Shown: in pieces, positions 13,260-26,443 of the stretch
Position numbering within the stretch: position 1 is the stretch's first letter
Layout of the letters: the number at the start of each line of letters is the position of its first letter
Assembly: GCF_009834535.1 (NCBI RefSeq)
Contig: NC_045697.1
Location: forward strand, 114,082,001-114,146,000
DNA: 64,000 nucleotides
Direction: 5' to 3'
DNA from: Camelus ferus
Lineage: Eukaryota
Notes under the pieces: generated by a model
The model's input: the letters and a program-made list of their open reading frames with translations, nothing else
What the model was told of the DNA's origin: nothing
Databases searched by the model: none
Position numbers and translations under genes: made by a program

Positions 13260-13330
13260 AAAAATTTTAATTGATGTATGTAGTCAGTTACAATGTGTCA
13301 GTTTCTGGTGTACAGCACTATGTCCCAGTC
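13260..13330 (-). mobile_element. 71-bp L1 terminal insertion with 17-bp TSD
   Basis: TSD CAGTTAGCCATATTTTT at 13243-13259 and 13331-13347 flanks the extreme L1 3' end (GTCAGTTACAATGTGTCAGTTTCTGGTGTACAGCAC). Confidence 0.93.
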
Positions 13331-16300
13331 CAGTTAGCCATATTTTTTAAAGCTTTGATTCTATAGCTCTGCTTTAACTGGTATTTGGAGCATGATAAGT
13401 CCATGTTCATGAAATGTGAAACATGCTGTAATATTTTTAACAATATCTTGATTGAAAAGTACTAGGGTATTTTCCTCCTTGAAACATTAAATACTTTAAT
13501 CTGACTAGTATATTTCCAGTAGTTATTGATTATTTAGCATACAATTGGCTGACCTTTTCTATTCTCTTCTCAGTTTACTCAGAGGAGGAAAGCTTTTCAC
13601 ATGCACTTTGTCTTTTTGAGAAGTCAATTGCAACCTTAGGCTTTTTTGGCTTGGATCTCCCGAGAAACATTACGAGACACGAGCGAGGCCCGTTGATTTC
13701 TTCCAAGCCTTTACTGTGCTGGCAAAGACTGCCCTTTTCCAGATGTCTGTTTTATTTCTCAAGTTGTGGAAACTGTTTAAAGGTTAGCAGAATCAGAGAT
13801 TCAAGTGGAATACATCCTCGGCATAGGGGGTGTGAAGGTCATGGCCACATTCCGCAGAATGATTACAGTTCCCCAGCAGACACGTTTCAATCTGATCCAC
13901 TTGCTATCAGAAAAGTCAATATTTGCATTCTGTTGAATATGCATGACCACTAGTGTTTGAAGAAAGGGCTACTTGATACACACTTCTATGATTATCTTGT
14001 TTGCATTCATAAGAAATTGTCTGGAAATCCTCTAATGATTCAAAGACTTGCTGTCAGGGGTTATTTCATTATTAGAATTAGTTCTGCTGCAACTTTCAAT
14101 TAAAAACTGACTTAACGTTTTATATATAGCTTAATTTTTAAAACTTCACCAGAAAAGGGAAAAAACTAAAATATCTAAGAAATAACATCTTTTGTTCATA
14201 AACTTTTGGATGTATGAGGAAAGAACTTTTCAGTAGTTTCATCATATTCTTGACTTTTTTTTAATTTCAAAAGTGTATGCGTTGAAGGAGTTTGCCTTCC
14301 TGGGTGTTGAGATTCTCATATTTTAATAAAGCCAGCTAGCGTCTTTTGAAAATTATAATATGGCAGTTTTTAGTTAATAAATTATTTTTCAAGCTTTATT
14401 TTCTATAGAATTTTCTTCCTTTTGAGATTGAGCATCTCTTTGGGAAGCACTGTCACTATAATTTATTTACACACATTCTGGATTTTTTGGTGTTGCTTTG
14501 CTCTGTATCACCGTTTTGTTTGTAAATGTTCCATCTTCTGTTTTCAGTGACTCTATCAGCCTAAATACAAGAGATCCCTTTGTCTGCTTGGTTATTTGTG
14601 ACCTCTATATTTTGGGGTTTGTAGGCCATGAAAACAGAGAAATCTTGTTAATTACCTCCTGAGATGAAACTTGCCCACTTTCTGGAGATTCTATTTACCT
14701 TTTCCAATTTTGTGAAATCAAAAGAACATGCTACAGCTAATTTGATACTAGAAGCATCTTTCAACTGTCATTGAGTTTCCTCTGTTGCTCTTTTAGTGGC
14801 TTTTAATTCAATCGTGCATATTCTCATTCAATAAAATGTCTAGTTTGCTCTTTTTACCCTTAGTTTAAAATTTCCAACTGAAATGCCTTAGAGTTAAGTT
14901 TCTTTCCTTCTCTTAGGTTCACTTTTTAAGTCTGTAAAGTGATAAATAAGTTGGAGCAGGCAAATCCTGAATTTTAATACGGTTTGTTAGTCTAAGCTTT
15001 ATTGACCTCTCAAAGCCAAGCTGAAGGTGGCCAACCTCTTGCACAGGGATTATTTTAATTAAAGGTACACTCAGGTATGAAGCCCTTCTCTGTTAGCAAG
15101 TTTCAGCCTGCAAGTTAGAACTTTCTGGAGTCTTTGAGTAGGAATATTCCTTCTAATTCTGACTTCATCTGTTAGGCTTGGTAAATTCACTGAATTCTCA
15201 TATTATATAGTATTTAAATTGTTACTTAAGATTTAGAAGCCTACTTAAATCCTTTAAGTATGTAAAAACTTTTTTCTCCTTTTCCTGCCTTTCCAAAATA
15301 TCTTCCTCACTACTTTGTTACTGTCTCTGAAAACCAACTGGAAGAGACACACTTATTTGGGTTACAGAAATGATTCTGTGAAGACAAATAAATTCAGCCA
15401 CCACTGTAACAAAACCTCTGTGAGCCATAAGGCAGAAAGATAGAGGTAATACAAAAAGAAACCGGGATTGTGTTTTGGATCAGGTTTCCTCTGCATAAAA
15501 TTTAATGCATGGGCTTGATGAGGGAATAGGAGGGGTGGAGAAGGGGAGAGGTTGGGGCTGGAAGGTTTTCATTGTGTGTGTGCCCCCTGGAATGACTGAA
15601 GGTCAAGGCTCCTCTCTCCCTCAGGCGCCAAAGCCAGTTTCACAACTTTTAGTATCCAAATATCATGTTTTTAGGGTTCATCTTTCAAGGCTTATGATTG
15701 ATCTGTAGTTAATTCCCCAAATTTCATAAGTTACATCTGATTCTTGTCTTCAGCGGTTACTTAGACAGAAAGAACTAAAGGCAGACTGGAACCAGGAATG
15801 CCAGGCACGATATTTCCATCCACCCTTCTTTCTGGCCTCTGTCTGTCCATCACCTCACGCCCTCTACTTTTCAGAAAGCTTTTCTGCTGAAAAATCTGGC
15901 CTCCATTCAGTCATCTCATTCTAGAAACTAAGACGTCAATGAAGCTATTTCTGCATTGGAAACAACTGCAAAATCCCTCAATTATTAACTTTAAAAACTC
16001 ATTTAGGCAGGACATTTATTCCTCTAATGTCTTTCACTCTTCGTTCTTTACACAAATATTTATGTAGTGTTTACAAATACCGTGACCTTTGGTAAAACCT
16101 AAGGCAGCAATTGTTAAAGTTCCCATGCCCTACTTTCAAATACTTCATATTCTAAGGGGAAAATGTGTTCCAAAAAATCATAATGTGACTGAATTATGTT
16201 TGGTCCAAAAGCCTTTTGGAGCCTGAGAGGAGCACAGTGGCATTTGCAGGGGAAAAATGTGAAAAACTTTACAAAGAGGTGATGTTTAAATAAATTGTGA

Positions 16301-16770
16301 CAGTTACACATGTAATACTAGGCGAAGTAATACTAGAGAAAGTAGTTTTAAGAGGACATTACCTCTCAAAGGAATGCATATTTAAATAATATGGTTTATA
16401 TGCATAGCTACATAGCATTCAAATTATTAGATATACATAGGATGCAGGCATGTGGGTAACAATAGATAATCTGTATGCAGATATTCATAGAATTACACTT
16501 CCCTTCCCTCCAATAATTTCAATCTCATTTAATTTTTGAGAAGGCAAGTATAAGGTGCCATCAAAACTAAGTGATATTAAGTGTTTACCTAGTGATATAT
16601 GGATATTTAAAATTATAGGTGCAGTTCAAAATTAAATCCACCATCATAATCAAAAAGTTTAGCTAGTCTTTATTTCGATGAAATTCTAAGTCAATTATAT
16701 TTTTAAGAAAGTTACTTGATTCAGAAACAAATTTATTTGTATTTACAACTTAAATGTGTGGTGAAACCAT

Positions 16771-17232
16771 TGTCAACAACAAAACCCACGACCTCAAATT
16801 TGAGAATTATGTCTAATTTGGTGGCTTTGCTGAGGACCATGGCTTGGGATCCAGCCTCTCAGACTGTTCCAAGGAACTTGTAAGAGCTAAGGGAGGAGCC
16901 AGGAGATAGAGGAGTTTTTGCTGAAAAAAAAAAAAAATATGTAGCTGAACATCAAAAGATTGCTGCTAATCACGAAAAGGACATCACACGTCAATGACTT
17001 TGGTGTTTTTGGATGTACAGGAAGATGCAAGGGTCTGGGCTCATTAAAATCCTTCCTTTGATATGCATCTTAACCATCTAGGGACAGAACCCTGTTTTTC
17101 TCCATCCTGAGTCCCCTCAGGGGGCACCATGTTGGGGGATTGGCAGAGGGTGGGGCACTGCAGTGCCTGATGGCTTGATGGCAGGTAATGCTCATCATTT
17201 ACTGAAATGCCAGTCAAATTTTTTTGTCCACA
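16771..17232 (-). mobile_element. Solo ERV1-class LTR, MER41-like
   Basis: TG...CA termini (TGTCAAC...GTCCACA); TSD CCAT/TCAT with 1 mismatch; homologous to 49125-49600 (CAGCCTCTCAGA, AGGGAGGAGC, GGGCTCATT, CTGAGTCCCCTCAG). Confidence 0.8.
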
Positions 17233-17345
17233 TCATGCAATATTAATAGATGGAATAATTGGGTAAACCACAAATTGGTCTTACAAATGAAGTTTTTCCC
17301 AAAATGTGCACTATTTCTTAAAGTGATTCATAACGTTAATAAAGC

Positions 17346-17480
17346 TTTTTTAGTGAAGTATAGTCAGTTTACAATGTTGTGTCAATTTCTGGTATACAGA
17401 ACGATACTTCAGTCATATAGGAACATACATGTATTCATTTTCATATTCTTTTTAACCATAAGTTACTATAAGATGTTTCA
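17346..17480 (-). mobile_element. Short camelid L1 3' end
   Basis: TGAAGTATAGTCAGTTTACAATGTTGTGTCAATTTCTGG...TTACTATAAGATGTT. Confidence 0.85.
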
Positions 17481-17689
17481 ATAAAAATACATTTTATAAG
17501 ATATTCTTGCTAACAAAAAAACAGTTTTTCATGAAGTTTCCAGAATGTTAATATCCTTGATAGTGAGATTGTAGAACCTTAAAATATAGTTGTTGTTTTA
17601 TAATGAGATATGAAAGCAACAGTACATTTAAACAATTCTGAGGGCGTATTTGGTTTACAAGTAAAGTAATCTTGGGTAAATGTAAGAAT

Positions 17690-17905
17690 CACTCAGAAAA
17701 ATGTTAGAGAGAGAGGAAGAGAGAGTGACTCTTTAACCTGTTACTCAAGATTTTGATTTAGTGGTTCTGAGAAGGGGCCAAAGAATCTAGTTTTGTAAAA
17801 GCTGTCCTAACACCAAGTTTCTACTGTATAGCACAGGGTGAAAAAATAAAATAAAAGCTGTCCTAGTTTTTTTGATACATGATCAAATTTGCAGAACCAT
17901 TGCTG
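17690..17905. mobile_element. MER5-like hAT-Charlie fossil carrying a micro L1 insertion
   Basis: AGATTTTGATTTAGTGGTTCTGAGAAGGGGCCAAAGAATCT...TTTGCAGAACCATTG resembles MER5. Confidence 0.55.
17810..17851 (+). mobile_element. 42-bp L1-derived insertion with 14-bp TSD
   Basis: TSD TAAAAGCTGTCCTA at 17796-17809 and 17852-17865; 17814-17838 equals the reverse complement of 3241-3265; A-rich tail. Confidence 0.88.
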
Positions 17906-19449
17906 GAGTAGTGAACACACTACGATATTTTGATCGTATTCTTTAATATTAAAATAAGGACAATTGATTATCGTTAATATTATTGTAATCATTTGGAAAT
18001 AACTGAGGATCTGGAAACAAAAGTCAGTTAAAAACAGTTAATAGCATTACAGAAACCTGATTCTAAAGTGAGTAGGATTATTTCTGCTATACTTGTTAAT
18101 CCTCCTTATTAAGTTTTACCTACAAACAGTTGGCAAATTAAGAAATATTTTTATCGTATTAATAAAGGTAAAACATTCACACTTAAGTGCTAATTATTGA
18201 TATAGTATCTGTCAAGAATAAGTGTTTGAAATATCAAAAAGTGAGGTGAAATCTATAGCAGAAAACCTCAGAGAAAAAGAAAAAAAAGTAAAGAATTGCA
18301 GAAGATGAACTTGAAGCATGTAACCCTAATTGATTTTATCTATTTCACTTTACCTATTACTTGGTTAGAAAAACATTCTTGGTAATTTTGACTCTAGAAA
18401 TTTAAAAAAAAGAGTAGAGAGAAACACACATTTTAAAATAGCATGGTATGGGATATAAAATAGGAGTTAAATATTTTTCACAATGTTATAGAATATTGTA
18501 TTATTTAGAGTAGAATTCCTCTAAACTTCATTATGAAAACTTTAGGGGAAATATGTTTATTAGATACGAAAATGAAAGGATTTAGACCTTGGGTATTGTC
18601 TTGAAAAAGAGTAAAAGGAAATAGAAGAGAACAGTTTTACAGGGAGGTCGACTCTGAAGTTATTTTATAAGAAATTTTTCTAGGGATGCTTGTCAATTAC
18701 ATGAGATTAACCATGACAGCATATTTTAATCCAAATTATGTGATTTTGTATTCTGTGGTTTTAAGAAGTTTGTTTTGCATGCCCCAAAGTTAAACTGGTA
18801 AACAATATGATCCTGGAGTAAATGAATAAGATAGATCTCATACTCTTGATGTGTAAATGAATGTCCTGAGTTCCAATTTTAATCCTTCCTCTGTAATTTT
18901 CATGAAATGTATAGATATTTAAAACTCTCTAAGACTTGAAACATTTCACATGAATGCTAAAATAGCAACTGTGAATCTCAAACCACAGACACAAGTTTTG
19001 AAAAATATACCCCTTACAATTGATGTGTACAATGTGTGGTTTCCTTAAGAGATCATTCTTTTGCATGTTGTAAAAACCTTCTTGAAAGTGTTTTTCCCCC
19101 AGTTTTATCCTAATTTGTCAGTGCAATGCATGCAAAATGGATATGTTTCATGATCCTTTTGATTAACTTAGTGCTTGCTCTAAGAATATCCTCTTTTTTT
19201 TCAAAGATTCAAATGCCAAAGTTTAGTATTTGAGTTACGTTTGAATAATACAACATTGTAGAAGCTTCCAAAATCTGGGGAATGAACTGTGTATTTTGAT
19301 GGCAACTGAGTGCATAGTATAGTATCTTTTTTTCTGTAATAGATCTTATCTATTGTTATAATACAATTAATGTATTGTAAGCAATATCAAATTCTCAAGA
19401 AATTCAAAAGAATATTACGCAGTCCTAAGAAGTAGGCCATGAGTATTTT

Positions 19450-20700
19450 TTTTTGATTTATAATCATTTTACAATGTTGTGTCAAATTCCAGTGTAGAGC
19501 ACAATTTTTCAATTATACATGAACATATATATATTCATTGTCACATTCCTTTCTCTGTGAGCTACCATAAGATCTTGTATGTATTTCCCTGTGCTATACA
19601 GTATAATCTTGTTTATCTATTCTACAATTTTGAAATCCCAGTCTATCTCTTCCCACCCCCCACCCCCTTGGCAACCACAAGTCTGTATTCTATGTCTATG
19701 AGTCTATTTCTGTTCTGTATTTATGCTTTGTTTCTTTGTTTGTTTGTTTATTTTTAGATTCCACATATGAGCGATCTCATATGGTATTTTTTCTTTCTCT
19801 TTCTGGCTTGCTTCACTAGAATGACATTCTCCAGGAACATCCATGTTGCTGCAAATGGCATTATGTTGTCAGTTTTTATGGCTGAATAATATTCCATTGT
19901 ATAAATATACCACTTCTTCTTTATCCAGTCATCTGTTGATGGACATTTAGGCTGTTTCCATGCCTTGACTACTGTAAATAATGCTGCTATGAACGTTGGG
20001 GTGCAGGTGTCATCCTGAAGTAGTGTTCCTTCTGGATATAAGCCCAGGAGTGGGATTCCTGGGTCATACGGTAAATTTATTCCTAGTCTTTTGAGGAATC
20101 TCCATACCATTTTCCACAGTGGCTGCACCAAACTGCATTCCCACCAGCAGTGTAGGAGGGTTCCCCTTTCTCCACAGCCTCTCCAGCATTTGTCATTTGT
20201 GGACTTTCAAATGATGGCCATTCTGACTGGTGTGAGGTGATACCTCATTGTAGTTTTGATTTGCATTTCTCTGATAGTTAGTGATAGTGAGCATTTTTTC
20301 ATGTGCCTATTGATCATTTGTATGTCTTCCTTGGAGAATTGCTTGTTTAGGTCTTCTGTCCATTTTTGGACTGGGTTGTTTATTTTCTTCTTATTGAGTT
20401 GTATGAGCTGCTTATATATTCTGGAGATCAAGCCTTTGTCGGTTTCACTTGCAAAAATTTTCTCCCATTCCGTAGGTTGTCTTTTTGTTTTATTTCTGGT
20501 TTCCTTTGCTGTGCAGAAGCTTGTAAGTTTCATTAGGTCCCATTTGTTTATTCTTGCTTTTATTTCTTCTAGGAGAAAATTTTTGAGATGTATGTCAGAT
20601 AATGTTTTGCCTATATTTTCCTCTAGAAGGTTTATTGTATATTGTCTTATATTTAAGTCTTTGATCCATTTTGAGTTGATTTTTGTGTATGGTGTAAGGG
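19450..20700 (-). mobile_element. Young camelid L1, 1.25 kb 5'-truncated, ORF2 C-terminus plus 3' UTR
   Basis: Minus ORFs 20207-20533 and 19754-20131 translate to L1 ORF2p (SFCTAKET...[27 protein letters not shown]...WYIYTMEYYSAIK); TSD GAGTATTTT at 19441-19449 and 20701-20709. Confidence 0.97.
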
Positions 20701-23109
20701 GAGTATTTTCTAAAGAGTTAATGAGTGAAGAAGGTGGCAGTTGCTTTTGTAACTTTTCTTAATTTATCATCAAAATGGACCGTAGTTGAATATATAAGGC
20801 CATAATTACTGTGGATATAAATTAACACTCTATTTCCATGTCACGGATGTCAACTGAAATATTATTCGGGTATTTGAAAAGGCAGTCTTTTAAAGGTATG
20901 TGGATAGCATTTCCTAAACAAAGTAATATTTAATACATATATGGCCACAAATACAAAGAAGTCTGCAGAATTCAGCAAAGGGCCAGGAGAGGGAGAACGT
21001 TCTCTGTCCTAAGCACAACTCTGTTTTCCATGTCGGTCGCTGTGTTGTAGGAAATGGCAGTTGTACACAGAGAACGCTTCTGTTTTCTAATTGCTGGGTG
21101 CCTCTTCATCCTTACAACAGACATTTTTACAAATTTGGTCTCAACTTCCTGTGAATACAGTCAGTGGGAGGAGGACCCACAACATTTCTAGGAAACAAGT
21201 CTTAATCCAAACAAATAAATCAACAGGCAGATCCCGTCCATGCAGTTCATTCTCACGAGGCGACGTCTTCACCCATCTTCTTTTCCTGACCCAGACCAGG
21301 TCTCAGTTTGGTGTCATTTCTGTTGCTATTTGTGAAGGCACTGGTAATACTCAAAAATCAGAGCCTGCCCTTCCACAGAACTGCTGTAGCTCAAATTCAA
21401 TCTTGAGTACCAACTAGAGCCACAGGCATCGTAAAGTGGACTCTAAAACTTCCATGAATCAAAGAGAAATCAATCAGAATTAATGAGCTTGGGTTTTTTT
21501 GAAGATTTTATAAAAGTTAAATATACTTTATTTCAACATATAGCTATTTCTAACTGAAGAAAATCAGGACCAACTTTGAGGTTATCTACAGATTTTGACA
21601 TATATTGATTGTGTTCACAATCATTATATAAATGTTCAATTTAAATACATAAAGTACATATTAATTAAGAACTCATTTAATGTCTAATGCCTAACATATA
21701 TATGCAAAAAGAAGAATGAAAAGGTAAAGAATATGTTTAAACACTAAAATGTCAAGATGAAAACCAATTCCAAGGAACTGAGAGGGACAATCCAAACTTA
21801 CATTGCTACAAAGTGTCATCTGGATCAACTAGTTACATGCTCTGAGGTGACACTATAATTACATATCATTATGAAAAGAAAAGGAAGTATAATGGCTTAT
21901 TACTAGGGTATAAGAAGAAAATATGGGAGAAATCTGACATATATATAGTCTAAGTGCTATTTTATAACAGTTACCCACACTTCCAGAATTAAATCAATAA
22001 TTCTGAATTAAACAACGTCATGACAACATGAAAGTGTTACATTTTGGGGTTGTAGAATATCAAAAAGCAAAGGGCTTTGTTAGATAATCTCTGGAAGTCT
22101 GTTCACTACTCTGATTTCTTATGGGAAAGTTACTATAAAATGCCAGATCAGCATTATAACAGTAAAGCATTTTCATTATCTTTTAATGGATCTAACTTCT
22201 GGTGTAGAATGTGTGCTGTGCACGATAGCGAATTTCAATTGCGGGAGCTAGGGTTTTAGATCTGTCTTTTAGTAAAGAGGTAACACATGTGATTTACTTG
22301 GTTGCCTCCTCAAATCTTTTCCTACACTGACTTTTCAGGAATTATATATCTTAGAACTATAAAGTGTTCATTTGCTTTTGGCAGAAAAAAAAAAAGCGCA
22401 GAGATTTTATTCTTGCTAAGTTTTGCAAAAATTACTTGAAGAAAGTACAACCACATTAGGCTTATTATTAAATTCCTTTTGTGGATTTTTTTTTTTTTTG
22501 TAAGAAAAGGGACTGGTGTCTTGAATAGATAAATTTAGAGACCAAGTCAGAGCATAAAAAATACCACTCACTCTCTTCTAATTTCCACATGTTACAGATG
22601 ACAAATGAGAAACAAAAGATTAAATTGAAGACTATAAAAAGAAAGATAGGGAAGATGAAAATGTTCGGAGGGAGTTATAATGAGCAAAGAAAAAGACAAA
22701 TGGGAGGGGAGAGAAAAAAAAAAAAAAAAACCCTGCCATGTTTAGGAATAAAGAAAACAAAAGAACAGGTGCCTGTGGATGTAACTTGTCATTTGTTCTT
22801 TGATCTTAAGCAGCTGCTCCTTCTTTCCCAGCGTTTCATTTTAAATCCATCTGTTTCTTGACAATGCAGTCAGTTCCTTAAACTTTCTTATTTCTTTCTT
22901 TTTTTGTGTGGGGTGGGAAATAATTCAAGTAATTTTTCTTGGAAGAGTTTGGCCTTTAGGTAGGAAAAATGCATAATGTTGGATTTGCATTGGAGGCATC
23001 TGTGTGAAATCATGAATTATATGTGTATATAACCTTAGCTTTGTCCTCCAGTGTGACTGGAAGCAATCGCCCATAGTAAGACTGAGGCTAGAGTCTACAT
23101 CCCTATGTT

Positions 23110-24550
23110 TAAAGAGCATCTCTCACTAACGTGGGTCAGAGATCTCTGAGAAATGGGTGACCCCACGTCTGGGCAGCAGTGAATATGCTCTTATCACAGA
23201 AAGCAAAGAAGTGTTCAGAGACAACAGGGTCATATGCAAGGAACACAATAGTGGTGAGGGCATTCCCCTGTACAGTTTGACATAATTTAAATTTTAAAAG
23301 GAATAATGATGTAAATAAATTATAACCTATTGAATAAAAAATATTTGAATCCATAGAGACTCATAAAAAAACAAGGAGAGAGAGAGTTTTTAAAGGCAAG
23401 TTAATAAGTATGGAAGGAAAGAAAAATTAGAGAATCATTATTTTTTGAAACCCAAAATTTCTACAAGTAAAGATCATCCATGCATGTTATATATTCCATT
23501 CTCATACAGTCTTTGCATGCACAAAGAACATTTATTTCTCCTTCAGATATGTTTACTCTAGGCTATATATTGGGTTCAGATCAACCTTATGTATTTCTCT
23601 TTCTCTCGGTCCAGTAGCTCTTCAAGGTCACATTCTTCTTGTGGTGACAGGCAGGAGTGTGAAAGAATAAGCCCAACTGAACAAGGACATTGAAGCGTGA
23701 TTTCTTCACCTCCACTGACATCTCTGTGGCCAGAGTAAGCCTCATGACCAATGCAGATCCAAACAATGAACAACTTTCCCATGACTCAATCTACTAAAGA
23801 TTAGATAGATCTATCCAATTAATAGTCTGAACGTTTGGTGGACTTCAGGGTATTCATACTCAAATATTTCAATGCAGATTACTTTTTTGGTTTAGAGAGA
23901 AAATAATACACCTAGTGAATGATGAGATAGTGCTGTTACCATTTAAATTAAGAGATACAGCAAAATCATCAGAAAAGGAACAACCTGATATTACATAGCT
24001 CCTAATATAATGCAGTAAGTGCCTAATATCACCTGCATGGTAATCTTGTCCCCAAAAATAGATTTAAATTTAATTATGAGAAACCAGTAGGCTAATATGG
24101 AATGTAAGATATTCTAGAAGACAAGTAGCATGTCCCATAGTCTTCAAAACACACACTAAATGACAGTGCTGTTCTACAGGAAAAGAAACAGAAGATAAAC
24201 ACCAAAGGTTGATTACATTCTAGATGCAAAAAAAAAAAAATCTTGGATAAGTTGGAAAACAGGTAGAGACTATATATTACATGATATTATTAAATTAATA
24301 TCAATTATATTTAGTGTTACAATAATGCTGTGTTATATAGAAATCTGTCCTTATTCATAGCAGATATGTGCTGAAATATTTAGAGATGATTTTCATGACA
24401 TCACAGCTTACTTTCAAATGCACAGATAGATAGAATAGATGGATGTATAGACGATACATAGTATAGGGCATTGTTGAAATGTAAAACTGCTCTTAGATTG
24501 TGAATAATAAAACATGAGGGATGTATTATTTTTTGCATGAAAATAAAGTG
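23110..24550 (+). mobile_element. Old L1MC4/5-like 3' region (fragmented; interrupted near 23480-23860)
   Basis: AAAGCAAAGAAGTGTTCAGAGAC, GTGCTGAAATATTTAGAGATGA...CAGCTTACTTTCAAATG motifs. Confidence 0.55.
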
Positions 24551-25854
24551 TATCAGTCAGCTTAATGTGATTGAGACAAAAGAATAAGTATCTCAGACTA
24601 GCCATCAGTGTCCGCTGAAAGGTTTTTCTTTTTTTTATTGAGGGTTATTTTAACACTTCAGAAAACATCAACATTTTATAATCAATAGCTTCACAAGATT
24701 GAGCATACGCGTATAAATATGCAGCTGACTATTTGGTATTCTGATTTACTTCAGCGAGGCATGAATAACACCATTTAGGTCTAGCAAATTATCATGATTT
24801 GTGAATTATTAATAAGAACTCTTATTAGCCATTATTTTCAATGGCTGTTGTGTACAAACCACATTAAACAGGCACAGTAGGTTGCCTCTGGATGTTTACA
24901 ATGTAAGTAAAAGTGGAAAGGCCAACACAACTAGTTTCAATTTGATACTGTCAGGACAATAACAGGAGTTATTAGTGGATTCTGCATTGTCATGAGAGCA
25001 TCAAAGTATCTCACAGATTTTTTTATGGTAAATCTTTGTGGTGATGTAAACAGACACATAAGCACTATGGATTCTCAGTCCCTCACTGGGATATAGATTA
25101 ATAAAGGATATTATAGCAATGGAACCTTCTGGTTTACCTCATTCTACTTTGGTGAATTCTGGCCCATTAGCAAAAGATTAACTTATGATTGAGACTTTAA
25201 AACTGCCCTTCTGTGAATGCACCAAACAAAGGTAGCCCAGAATAGTCATCAATTAAATCAAAAAAGATGGTGTCTATTTTCAGAGATTGGTTATCTTGAT
25301 AGTAATAAAGTTTGAACCATGGAAACTTTTGGATGAATTTGTAATTCTCATGTATCTCAAAGACTTTTTTCCTTCTGCTCTCTAGGTCCCATGGGGTTAA
25401 CTTGACTTATGCAAATTTCTCACTTAGCTGTGCCTTAAAATCACTTGACAGATATCATACAAACTACTCATGCCTGGATCCTTTACCAATAAATGTTAAT
25501 GTTTATATTAGGAGAAACAGTTTATCCCATTCTTCCTTTAACAGCCCTTATGCCTATTTTGAATGAATCACTCTATGTGTACAAAGACCATCAAAGAGAA
25601 GCCTTTATGATTGGCTGTGGGGAACAAAGCAAGAAGTAACAATACCAATGCCCCTTCCCCATATTCCTCCATCTTTATTTCAAAGGAGAATGTGTTCATA
25701 GTCTGAGATTTTCCACTTGGGATGAATGTGGGCAAAGATGAAATGATAGAAGAGGTCATTAAGTGACTCCAATTTGATCCCTGCCTTTCTTTGCTTGTTC
25801 AGTGTTAGAAGTTGGGTCTTACACAACACACACAGTTAAAATTCCCCCCCACTC

Positions 25855-26443
25855 TTTTTTTTTTTTTTTATTGCAGTATAGTCCATTTGCAATGTTGCAT
25901 CAATTTCTGGTGCTGAGCATAATGTTTCAGCCATACATATACATACATATACTCCTTTACATATTCTTTTCCATTATAGGTTAGTACAAGTATTGCTATA
26001 GTTCTCTGGGCTATACAGAAGAAACTTGTTGAACTATTTTATGTATAGTAGTTAGTGTCCACAAATCTTGAACTCCCAATTTATCCCTTCCCACCCGCTT
26101 TCCCCTCTGGTAAGCATAAGTTTGTTCTCTATGTCTGTAAGTCTGTTTCTGTTTTGTAAATAAGTTCATTGGTTTCTTTTCTTTTCTTTTCTTTTTTAAG
26201 ATTCCGTGTATAAGTGATATCTTATGGTATTTTTCTTTCTCTTTCTGGCTTACTTCACTTAGAATGATGATCTCCAGGTCCATCCATGTTGCCTGCAAAT
26301 GGCATTATTTTGTTATTTTTTATGGTTGAATAGTATTCCATTGTATAAATATACCACATCTTCTTTATCCAGGCATCTGTTGATGAACATTTAGATTGTT
26401 TCCATGTCTTGGCTATTGGAAATAGTGCTGCTATGAACACTGG
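25855..26443 (-). mobile_element. Camelid L1 3' end (about 590 bp)
   Basis: Poly-T; minus ORFs read PVFIAALFPIAKTWKQSKCSSTDAWIKKMWYIYTMEYYS and WMDLEIIILSEVSQKEK. Confidence 0.95.

Noticed and set aside
4903..13330. The L1 at 4903 starts where the 71-bp L1 at 13260 ends (ATGTCCCAGTC), suggesting one element split by rearrangement
   Set aside because: The 13260 piece has its own complete 17-bp TSD, so it is an independent insertion.
13574..13953. About 125-codon open frame after a polypyrimidine-AG
   Set aside because: No recognisable domain or upstream exon; amino-acid composition looks like non-coding DNA.
20256..20762. 168-aa hydrophobic plus-strand ORF
   Set aside because: Antisense reading of L1 ORF2; a common artefact, also seen at 29748-31195.
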